A DNA stretch of 64,000 bases, from NCBI GenBank assembly GCA_029717555.1, contig JAMDHS010000020.1:124001-188000 (forward strand), written 5' to 3'. The translations under genes and the position numbers were made by a program. This document shows, one piece after another, positions 1 to 11,016 of this stretch (position 1 is its first letter; every line of letters starts with the position of its first letter). The notes below the pieces were generated by a model. It saw only the letters and a list, made by a program, of their open reading frames with translations, made no database searches and had not been told where the DNA came from. The DNA comes from Peribolospora baueri. Its lineage: Eukaryota.

Positions 1-1036
1 ACCTGACCCTCCCGCCTAGTGCGGACCGGAGGGTGGGTAGACAAGTGGAGAAGGTGGGTTTAGAAGAAGCGAGGGTCTGCTGAGGGGCGAGCATCACCGT
101 CGGAGGGGTTTATTAACGTAGAGCGGGAAGCAGGAGCAATGACCGCTATGGAGAGACGCGAGCAGGATAGGATCGCAAGCGCTCTGATTGTGAGAGGGAG
201 AGAGGGAAGGTGAGGGCCATCCGAGGCAGGTACGGACGGACCACTCTGCTTTTTTTTACTCTTATCGGGTCCGGACAAGCGATCTCATCCTTACGGGGCC
301 ACCCACTGCGGGATGGCCGTCTGAACAGACCCGTGGGCTGGGCTGGGCTCGGAGAGGTGCTTTCCGCCGCAGGGGAGGGCGACGGATAGCAAACCGGAGG
401 ACCGGTGGGGATGGAATAGTCAGCACGTTACCCGGAGACAGACCAGACCGGTAGGCAGGGCACTGCAACGACTCGGATAAGCGGTGGTGGACAACGGCGG
501 TGCCGTCCTGGAACGGGCTTGATGCACCCGCTTGGAGTTTGCACATACGGCGCGCATGTTATCTATAGCCGTCCGTCCACTGAAAACTGAAGCGGGCACA
601 GCCTGAGAGACGGGCTGACCTGGGCGTGTGCTCATCGCACCCGGAAGAGGCCAGGGCGTTCTCCAAGGCGGCGGAGAGCGACCCAGTTAGGTGTGCGCCC
701 GCTGTACTCTTCTTGCTGTACTCCACCGGACGTTCCTCTCCCTGCGCTCAGGGCCGTCACGAGACGACGACACGTTCAAAGGCCATGGCAGGAAGCGCCG
801 TCGTTGCGCGGAGCAGAGGAAGTATGCTCATATTAGCATTTTCGTTCGTCCCTGCCTCGCTCTCTCTGCCTCTTTGTCTCTCTGTCTCTTTCTGTCTCTC
901 TCTTTCGCAAGCGGAGGTGGAACGGTGCGGACGGAGGGACGAGAAGACGAAGCGGGAGCGAGAGAGAGAGGAGAAGCGGATATGGACCGAAGATCAAAGA
1001 CGAAGAACCGCGCCGTGCCTACAGAGGACGTGGCAG

Positions 1037-1072
1037 ACGAATACGAATACAAATTCGAATACGAACACGAAT
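1037..1072. repeat. Imperfect hexanucleotide tandem repeat (ACGAAT)x6
   Basis: acgaat acgaat acaaat tcgaat acgaac acgaat read directly. Confidence 0.8.
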
Positions 1073-1747
1073 CATGACCGACCTGTCTCTGCATGGACAC
1101 GGATGGAGCTGCCAGGTGCCAGGCCCAGCGCGAGGGTCACTCTGGGCCTGCGCGCTGGCGGCGGTACCCTGGAGTCACCTCTTCGGAAAGCGGCTCCAAC
1201 TCGGACTAGGGCGGCGTTACGGTGTTCCTGCTGCGTCGTCATGGCTTATCATGCGTACGCACACCCAGCCAACACCCAGCAACACCCAACGACACCCACC
1301 GTCACGCTCGTCCCACTCTCTCAACACCCCGTGGCCGGGTGGACCTTTTACTCGAGTCCTGCCTTCTCCCGTCGGCATTCGCATGGATCCTGATATCCGG
1401 CTGTGGCCACCGCTCTCACGCCCGCTGACCTGCGCGCACAGCTTCTCCGTCGGCCTGTGCAGCCAGCAAGGCCTTCATGGCCCCGGCCTGGTGCTCCATG
1501 ATCTGCACCGACAGGCGGAACAATGTGTCCACCTATAATCTCATCATCGTCCCCTGCGGCGCGTGCTCCAACCAAGGCACGCAGCCAACGACACACCCTC
1601 TTAAAGCTCCACGGGGCCTCTCGTCGCACCGTCAGGTGTCCCTCCTTCCACCTCCACCGCCTTCGCCGCTTTCGACTCCATACCCATTCCCCTCTCCACC
1701 AACCCGTCCGGCGCGTCGTCCATCCACCGCCCTTGACATCGCTCAAG

Positions 1748-3561
1748 ATGGATCCGAGCGCCCTTCCGACGATGACCATCCCGGTCGTCAGCGAGACGCT
1801 CTTGCGGCAGCAAGGTGAGCAGTAGCAGTCACGAGCCGCCGCTGGGCATGGGCGAGAGAGAAGAAAAAAGGAAGGAATGAAGGAAGGAAAGGGCGCCCAC
1901 GCCAGCGTCGCTCGTCCGCCCCCTCGACTCTTCTCACCTCCGTGCGTGCGTCCCACCTCGCGCCTATAGCCACCTTCAACTACATTCAGGTAGCCTTTGC
2001 CGGGATATTCGTCTGGGAGTGAGTCTAGGCTGCTCGGCCGACGGTGCAACCCCGCCGACGGTGGATCGGACTGACGTCTTGCGTTCCCGTGCCCGCCGCC
2101 CATCAGACTCATCATCACCTTCCCCACCGAGGTCCTCCTCTGGCGGCAGAAAGGCCTCACGGTTCCCAATGCCCTTTTCACTGTCTCGAGGTGAGTCGCA
2201 TCAGCTGCTCGCGCTTACCCGACCTCGTGAGGCGCCAACTGAGTGTCGTGCGCGCCTCCGACACCGCCTCCGCAGGTGGCCCGGTTTCGGCGTAGTCATA
2301 GCCGACCTCGTCCTGAACAACCGCCCCTCCTCCGTCGATTACTGCCACTCGCAACACTGGATCCTGCCCGGTCTCGCCTCTGTCTTTACGGCCATTATCT
2401 ACCCCCTGCTCCTCATGCGCGTCTGGGCCATTTGGGGCAAGAGCAAGGCCGTCCTCGCTTTCCTCGTTTTCCTCTGGCTCCTCCAGACCGTCATCAGCAT
2501 CGTCGTCGCCAATTACTACATCGGCATCCCATACGCCGTCATCCCAGGCCTCGGCTTCTGGGTCGGCGGCTGTGCCAATGACCCGACCAACAACCTCGCT
2601 TCGGCAACGTACATCATGAACGCGTGAGTGTGTGCAGTCTCCCCCCCCTCAGGCGAGCGGCGATGACGAGACGCGGCTGACCGACTCGACGCACGCGTCC
2701 GTCCCCTTCAGCGCGTTTGATACCATCATCTTCCTCATGACCGTCGGCAAACTTATGGTCATGTACCGGGTGGCCAAGACGACGACTCCTCTGCAGCGCA
2801 TTCTCAAGCGAGACGGCATTCAATACTACTTCGTAAGTGTCGTATCGCTTGGACCGACCGTGTCCCCGACCCGACGTCTTTGCACATCGATCGTCCTGCC
2901 TACACTGTACCCTTTCGCTCCCGTCAAACAGGTGGTCATGCTGGTCAACCTTATCAATATTGCCTTGCTGCACGCAGAGGGCATTCCAGTCCTGCTCCGG
3001 CCCGCCCTCGCTGGGCCATCCGGAATCGCCACGGTGATCATGACTGGCCGGCTCTACCTGAACCTCCATCAGCACTTTGGCATCCAGAAATTGCCCGACT
3101 CGAACAACACCGGCGGCGGCTTCCTCCCCAAGCTCCAGTCCGGCACGGTTCCCAGCCTTCCCACCCACCACCGGCCAAGCTTCAGTGGAGGGCCAGACCT
3201 GGGGAGCAAGGTGTTCAGAGGCGCGCGACCGTCCACCGACGCGGTGGTGGCCAACCTGCCCGTGCAGATCGTCCGCCGACAACAACAGGACCTCAGCAGC
3301 AGTTTTGCGGCTCAAAACGAATCGGAGGAACATCTCCAATCCCATTCTCATTCTTCCAGCCTTGTCGGAAAGTCCGCCGGCCTGCCCAGCCCACCGTCTT
3401 TGAACCCGCACTCTCCGTCGTTCGAACACCATGGCGGCGTGTCGTTCGAGGCTGATCCCATGGAGCTGTCCACCTTTGACCGGCGAGCGCGCACTTCGAC
3501 GTCAGCGACGGGCGGCGCGGGTATCATGGTGCACACCGAGAGGCAGATGGACATTTCGTGA
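1748..3561 (+). CDS. Multi-pass membrane protein, DUF6533-like (basidiomycete 7TM-like family), spliced
   Basis: Spliced exons read MDPSALPTMTIPVVSETLLRQQ|ATFNYIQVAFAGIFVWE|LIITFPTEVLLWRQK..LFTVSR|WPGFGVV..LLLMRVWAIWGKS..|FDTIIFLMTV..ILKRDGIQYYF|..MTGRLYLNL, all with GT..AG junctions. The WE..EV.LW, RVWA and RDG.YF motifs are typical of the family. A disordered C-tail follows. Confidence 0.75.
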
Positions 3562-4064
3562 AGGCCGGATCGCCGCAACCACAAGGTGTGGGGGCGAGGA
3601 GCGGCGCGGGAACCAGCTTTCACTGTACCTCCACCTTTCCATCTTTCCACTTCCCAATCCTCCTATATCATTCCTGCACTTTTTGAATCGGTTACTCTTT
3701 CTGCCCCCCCCGCCCCCCCGCCCCCCCCCCAACCCCGCGGTCCCGTCCCGTCCGTGTTATTTTTTTTTTTTTCCGTTTTACTCATTTTCGAAGTAGCACG
3801 CGCAAAGAGGAGGAGGAAAGTGCGAGAAGGGGACTGGCCCACCCTCCCTCCTCTGGACGAAGAGAAGAAGAGGCCGAGGCAAGCCAGCAAGAACGCGATT
3901 GTACCGAAACAGAACTCTTTTTCCTCCTTTCATTGTATCGGCGGCTCTTCCTTCACCTCATCTCCACCATTCCCACCCATGTATGACGCGCCTTACCGGA
4001 TCTTCACATCTGCTCATCTATGTAGCCTTTTTTTTTTTTACCGTCTGTCTGATCCTCTCCCTAC

Positions 4065-4102
4065 TGCCTACCTGCCTGCCTGCCTGCCTGACTGCCTGCC
4101 TG
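4065..4102. repeat. (CCTG)n microsatellite, imperfect
   Basis: cctgcctgcctgcctgcctg actgcctgcctg. Confidence 0.75.
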
Positions 4103-4467
4103 GACCCCGATGGACCGCCGTCCATCTTCCTTTGGACCGACCACGACCGGCGGCGTCAGACGGGGCGACGTCTCCCGGCGGCCAACGTCAGCGTTCGCTC
4201 GTCCTCGGTCGTCATGTGCACACATCCGTACGTCGCGGGACCGTCACCCGAGCGCCTCCGCCCGGAAAGCACAATCTGTCGCGGAGAAAGACGCGCCGGT
4301 GTCACGAGCTCCTCCAGCTCGCTCGCCCCGCGTCCACCATTCTCACAGACTCCTCTCCCGCGTTGCTGTTGTCGCGCCGGTGTCGTCCAAGCTGCTGCAC
4401 CGCCGCCGCCGACACGCCACATGCTCTCCTCCCGGGAGTCGACCAATCTCGACGCGGTCGGCATATT

Positions 4468-4522
4468 CGCAACGCAACACGACACGACACGACGCAGCAC
4501 GACGCAGCACGACGACGACGAC
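4468..4522. repeat. Degenerate pentanucleotide repeat (ACACG/GCACG) grading into (GAC)n
   Basis: caacacgacacgacacgacgcagcacgacgcagcacgacgacgacgac. Confidence 0.65.
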
Positions 4523-4777
4523 AGCTCGCTCCAGAACCTGGTCCGTCCGTTTCAAACCCCAGCCCCAGCCCCAACCCGAACCCGAACCCTGGCCCGGCCG
4601 CTCTCCTCGTCGATCCTTGTCCTCCCCGGACGCCGACCCGCCCATCACCCTCCGTACCATCATCCGCATCGCCGTCCGTCCAGTCCCGCATGTCCCCAAC
4701 CCAACCGCAAGCAAGCCCCGGCCAGAGCCAGGGCCCAAGAGGGCGTGCGTGCAACCCAGTCTAACCTAGTTTGGGGT

Positions 4778-4784
4778 AAAAAAG

Positions 4785-4833
<49 letters not shown>
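4778..4833. repeat. Poly(A) tract: A6-G-A49
   Basis: Uninterrupted A run 4785-4833. Confidence 0.95.
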
Positions 4834-4835
<2 letters not shown>

Positions 4836-5498
4836 AACACGGAGGAGCCACAGGAAAGAGGATTTGAAGGGACGGGAGGCACAGCACAGGACAGCACACG
4901 GGGCGAGCTACCTGCGCACAGAGCGAGGGCCGTCCTTCCCCCATCGTGAGCGCCGGCGTGGTTTCGTGGACTCGCGTGCGCCGGGTCCGAAACGAGTCTC
5001 AGTTCGGCGGCCGAGGTTGAGAAACAGGACCGAGGACGGAGGGCGAGCGGCGAGCGAGCGACCTCGGAAGCCACCGATCCGGCGCCGGCCGGATGCGAGA
5101 GCGCTGGGTGGCTCGCTGTAAAGAGGAGAGGAGAGGACGAATGGCGATCTCGGGTGCGCGGCTTCTAAGAGCTCTCTCTCTATCTTTTCACGTCAAAGTT
5201 CGGGCGTTCCTTCTGAAGACGTCTGTCGATCTTCTGGACTCGATCGATCCACTCTACGCGACTATGCGTGCGGAGGTCAACGACGAGATGGCAAGGCAAG
5301 ATATCCTTGATTCGAGGGAAGAAAGAAAACAAAAGGGACGAAGCACATAAAGATCTTTCGAAGGTCCCAACGCCGCGGGAACCTCTTTCTTCTCTACTCT
5401 ACGCGACTAGACCAGAGCACTCGAACACACACATGATCCTCCACAGCTGGCCGTACTGTAGCAAGATTTCTTTATCCAGCACCTACCCGTCCATCCCC

Positions 5499-7586
5499 TT
5501 AATCTCTGCCGACCTGGCCGTGGATCTTCGCCTGCGCAGCCTCCACCTCATCTTGGACCTTTTCGATCGACTTGAAGTATTTGACCGTCTGTTAGACGGA
5601 ATGGAGCGGGCACAGTCGGTGACGGGAGAGGGATGAGAACGGCGGACACGTGGAAATATGCGTCGACGAGCGTTCGAGGAAGAGACAGGCCTAGCCGTCC
5701 GCGAAGCTGCCCATGTTGGACAGGATGTGCCAACTCACCTTGACCCTAAGTTCGGCAGTGGCGTCCTCGTCACAGACGACGATCGCCCAAGGGTGCATCT
5801 GGAGCGCGGAGAGTGTGATCTGGGTAAGGAAAGGATTTGTAAGGAGGAAGGGAGCGAGTCAGCGCTGGCGGTCATCCTGGCTAATTATGCCATGCCAACC
5901 CTAACCGAAACGTCTACTCACCAGGTGGTTCACACCTTCCTCGATAGCCCGACTGAGCGCCCAAGCCTTATGCTGGCCCGTGACGACGACGGCGACCTCG
6001 CGCGCATCGAGGATGGTGGCGACGCCGACGGTGAGCGCCATGTGAGGCACGGCGGAGAGATCGTTGCCGAAGAAGCGCGAGTTGGCAATGATTGTGTCCT
6101 TGGCGAGCGTTTTGATGCGCTGCACCCACCGGGTCGAAGGAACGCGGTGAAGTGAAGAAGGGACGCGAAAGGAGGATGAGCGACAGCAGGATAAGACGGT
6201 CGAAGAGGGAGAAATAGGGCGGGTAATGATGCTGCCAAAGCCTCAGCGTACTCACGGTACGGGAGGCAAGGGAGGATCCTGCAAGGCGAACAGAGAAGGC
6301 ACGACCAGATGAGCGATCGCTCTCGTCACACATGATCCTCTTCGGCGGCACCGCCTTCCCTTATCTTCTCAACCTCTCACCTGGCTCGTTAAAGGCGATG
6401 TGGCCATCCTCTCCAATGCCGCCGAGGAAGAGCTCGATGCCTCCCACGGCCTTGATCTTCTCCTCGTAGGCTTTGCACTCTCTAAGTAGGTCCGGGTTGT
6501 TGCCGTTGAGGATGTTCACATTCTCCGGCGGGATGTCGACTGGGAGAGAAGATATAATTAGAGCGAGTTCCGCCGGCGCGCCAGCCACCTTTTGAGACGC
6601 GAGAGAACGCGAGACGTACTATGCGAGAAGAATTCTCGGAACCTGTACGGATAAGGAATTGCGAGGCAAAGGAATTGCGGCGGAGCACAGAAGAGGTGAG
6701 GTACCAAGGTGAACCGTGCTCAGTCTGCGTCCACCCACGTAACTTCCCATTTCAGAGGCCAGTGCTCGCCTCATCGGTGCCACTCACATGAAGCTATGGT
6801 ACGATTCGGGGTGCTCCTGGGGCAGGTTGACGTACTCGTCCATATTGAACGTGATGACGTGCTTGAAGCTGTACACGGTGCATTAGGCGAGGGACGCATG
6901 AGAGCGCATTCAGTGGGGCAGAAGGACTTGAAGAGCACAGAAGCAAAGGCAGAAGCAAGCACGGCTTACCTGAGCTCGCCGGCCTTGACGAGCTTGATGA
7001 GTTGCTTGTACGTTGGGATAGGAGAGGAGCCGGTCTATCCGGACAGATGAGGGATATCTGGTCAGTTTATTTCTATTCCTTCTTACTCCTGCTTCAGCCC
7101 GAATCGAGCCCGCTGCGCGCGCGATTCACGCTTGACGCATTGCAGCTCTCCGCGCCCGGGGCGCGGCGAAGCATGTTGGACGCACCGGCAAACCCAAGAC
7201 AAACGGTTTGTTGGCCGTGGGGTTAAAGTCTTTGATCCTCTTTGCAACGTAGTTGGCCATATAGGTGCCCACTTGCTATCGTCGCCAATCATACGCAGGC
7301 ACGAAGAAGGGAGATGGACGGAAGAAGGAAGAAGAGCAGAATGGGAGGGGTTCAGTGGCTTGGCTTGTGCGCTGGATGGGTAAGGGGGGGAGGCGAATAC
7401 GGATGGCCTGGGAAGCCTGGCAGCGGGGCTCGCTCACTCACCGCGGGATCGTCACGAACGATGAGACCTGAGTCAAGGCGGAGACCCGACGAAAAACACG
7501 GCGCAGCAATCTTGGTCAGCGCGCGCAGGTACAGCGGCGAGACCATCACGGCCTTGCTTCTGTTAGCGAGCTGTTCACTCACGCAT
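5499..7586 (-). CDS. NAG1: Glucosamine-6-phosphate deaminase/isomerase, many short exons
   Basis: Spliced [136 protein letters not shown]. Confidence 0.95.
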
Positions 7587-8190
7587 CTCGACAGTGCTGG
7601 CAGAAAGACAAGAGGAGCCGTTTGGGACGAGGATGGGCAGTATCTGTGGGAGCAGCGGATGATGGGGAGCGTGAGAGGGCGACTGAGCGCTTATCTATCA
7701 CCCAGAAGGGAGCAAAAGGCAGGGAGACAGCGATGAGCAGAGAGAAGGAGGCGGAGGCGGGGTTGTATTCCTAGAGCATATAAGACAGGAGGGAGGAGAG
7801 GAAGAAGAGAAGGGGCGGCAGGCTTAAATATGTGGTCGTCGGTTGTCCGGCTCGCCTCCGACGGGGGCTGTCGTGGTGCAAGCGATGGACGAGGCAGCTG
7901 ACCATCGCTGGCGGTCACGAGTTGCGATCGATGGATGAGCATGCCGCAGTCGCCAATCGATCTCAGCTACCTTGTCTCGCACACGCTCTCGCCGTCGCAC
8001 TGCCGCAGTCGACCGTGCACGTGCCCTTCGTTTTCTTGGTCGCGCCGCAGCAGCCGCGATTTTTCACGATGGCTTCGCCGCAGTCCTTGGTCTCGCCGCA
8101 GCATTTTGAGGAAGTGGACGTGCGTCGACGACTCTTCCTGACCGCGCGAAGACCGACGACCGGAGACCAGGGTGCAAGTCAAACGGCAAG

Positions 8191-10757
8191 ATGGCCAAGC
8201 TCAAGCAGAAGGGAAAGTCCGGCGCGGCCAAAAACTACATCACTCGGGTGAGCAGGTGCCGGCTTTTCTCCCGCGGGTTGCTTCAACACAATCTCACGAC
8301 ACCCCTCCCGACCGCTCTTTTCTGCGCCAGAACCAAGCCCTGAAGAAGCTGCAATGCTCGCTGTCCGACTTCAGGCGGCTTTGCATTCTTAAAGGTGTGT
8401 TTGGACGGCCCACGTCGCTTGCCAATGCGCCGCCAAGGTCTCATTCAGGTTCATCGCCTTTTCCTCACGCTCTCATCCTCCTCGGGGCTCACCTACCCCT
8501 GCCCTAAGGCATCTTCCCCCGCGAACCGCGCCACAAGAAGCGGGCCAACAAGGGCTCCTCTGCCCCCGCGACCTTCTACTACGCCAAAGACATCACATAC
8601 CTCCTTCATGAGCCCGTATTGCAGAGACTTCGCGACCACAAGGCGTTCGCAAAGAAGCTCTCCCGAGCTCTCGGCAGGGGAGAGTGGTCACTCGCTAAGA
8701 GCCTAGAAGAGAATAAGCCCGTCTATCGGTTGGATCATATCATAAAAGAGAGGTGAGGCGCTAGAGATAGAACGGCTTGGAAAAACTACCATGCGTCTGG
8801 GCTCGCAAATTTCTCACCGTCGTCGCCTCCCTTCCGTCCTCGCCTGCGTGCAGATATCCCATTTTTGTCGACTCGCTTCGCGACCTCGACGATGCTCTCT
8901 CCCTCATCTCCCTCTTTGCCAACCTTCCCTCCAACCAGCGTATCCCCCCATCTGTGATCGCTCATTGTGCCCGTGTGACGGCCGAGTGGCAGCTGTACGT
9001 CATGCGCACCAGGAGCCTGCGTAAGGTCTTCCTGAGCATCAAGGGCATCTACTTCCAGGCTGAGGTCATGGGCCAGACCATCACTTGGCTAGTGCCCTAC
9101 CTGTTTACCCAGCATGTGGGTTCGGTTCACCCCCGCCTTCCTCCCGTGCCTCGTCCCTCGTCCTCGCTAACAAAGCCGCATCCTCCCATCAGATTCCTGC
9201 GGACGTCGACTTCCGCATCATGCTCACCTTCCTCGAGCTTTACCAGACGCTGCTCGGCTTCGTCCTCTTCAAGCTGTACAACGACATCAACCTCGTCTAC
9301 CCGCCCAAGTTGGATGAGGGCAAGGACGACGCGGCGGCAGGCGTCGGCGCGCTCATCCTCCAGGAGACAGGCCAGGGCCTGGCGAAGGACCAGCGAGGCG
9401 AGAACGGGACACAGGCTCCGGCAACGGCGATGGAGAACGGAGAGGCAGAGGAACAGGAGAAGGACAAGAAGAAGAAGCTTAGCGCCAAGGACGTCAAGCG
9501 CGCCGTAAAACAGATCTCCGCTCAGACTACTGCGTCGGTTGGCCTGAAGGAGGAGAAAGAGGCGACGCAGGCCGGCGCGACTGGAATGGAGGACGACGAG
9601 GATGCGACGATCGGCGCCGACTTTGTCGCCCAGCCTTCCAAATCCTCGCCGTTCGATACGGATGAGTCGGCTGCCACGCTCTCTGCCATCCAGGCCAGCA
9701 CGGCCTCGTTGAAGTCGCTCCAGAACCTGTTCTCCGATTACATTTTCTATCTCTCCCGCGAGGTGCCTCGACCCGTTTTTGAGTTCATCATCCGCGCGTT
9801 CGGAGGGCAGGTCGGCTGGGATAGCACCTCCCTCGGTGCTGGCTCACCTTACGAGGAGAATGACGAGCGCATCACCCACCACGTCTCGGACCGGCCTGTG
9901 CCTACTGAGGGACCTAACGCGGAGGGGAAAGGATTGTACGATCACCCGGGGAAACGGTCGTACATCCAGCCGCAGTGGGTCGTCGATTGCATCAACGCGC
10001 GCAAGTTGCTTCCCACCGAGCCGTACAGGCCTGGGAAGAGCTTGCCGCCTCATTTGAGTCCGTTTGTGGATATCAAGGAGGTCGAGAGGAGAGGTGGCTA
10101 TGTGCCAGACGCGGCCAAGGTCGGTATCGAGGGTAGGATGGAGGATGGAGAGATGGAAGAGGAGGACGAGTCCAGTAGCGAGGAGGAAGAGGAGCAGGAG
10201 GATGTTGCCGGAGACGCTGACGAAGAGGAAGCGGAGGACGGAGAGGGCAGGGCGGCGCCGGAGGGTCAGGACAAAGCCAAAGGCAGTGCTCGCGCGGCCG
10301 TCCCGCCGGCCCTGGCTGCCGCCCTAGCCTCTCCGCTCGACGCTAGCCTCCTCCACGCTGCGGAGCTGGAAGCGGAAGCCTCGGGCGCGTCGATCGACGA
10401 TGTGCACGCACAGGTGTCCCAGGCGGCGAAAAAGGCTCGCAAGATGGCGAAACAGAAGAAGAACGCAGCTGAGGTGGCAGGCGTCAGGGCGACGGAGGAG
10501 GAGGACGAGGAAATGATGAGGAGAGCGATGATGTCGAACAAGGCTAGGAAGTTACACCAGCGGGCGCAGGCCGGAATGGAGGAGACTAAGAAGGAGGTGA
10601 GTGGAGCGGGCTCTTATCTTTTTTTTTTCGTTCCAGCTTCTTTCTGACCGCGTCCCTCCCTCGTCCGCAGGCCGCTCGTCTGGAGGCGAAGAAAAAGGCT
10701 AACGCAAAAGCCGCCAAAAAGGCTGTCAAGACCAAGGCCAAACCCTCCGCGGCGTAG
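8191..10757 (+). CDS. NOP7: Pescadillo homolog (60S biogenesis, BRCT domain)
   Basis: [47 protein letters not shown].., [35 protein letters not shown]. Confidence 0.96.
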
Positions 10758-11016
10758 CCTGCCCCACCTTCCCAGCTCGTTCCCGCTTTTCGCTTCCCCC
10801 TTCTCGTGTATGGTCGATGGCTCTGTATGCGTACTTTGGAAGCAGAGGATCCGATTCCATTCTTTGTGATACACGGCAAGCGAGCGAGGGTAGATTACTA
10901 TCCGAGCGTCCATTCTATTAAAAGCCGTGGGAGCTTCCCGAACGATTCCCTCATCTATAGACGACGAGGGACGACGCGGAATTTATAACTTCCTCCAGTG
11001 GTCCGAATCACAGATC

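Noticed and set aside
626..1393. 255-aa plus-strand ORF
   Set aside because: Built from CT, GA and hexamer repeats, with no motif or convincing ATG; promoter-like DNA
3586..4867. Long overlapping ORFs (392, 322 and 219 aa)
   Set aside because: Translate homopolymers and microsatellites; stop-poor GC-rich non-coding sequence with no recognisable domain
5896..5906. Telomere-like AACCCTAACC (also near 58001)
   Set aside because: Fewer than two full units; expected by chance
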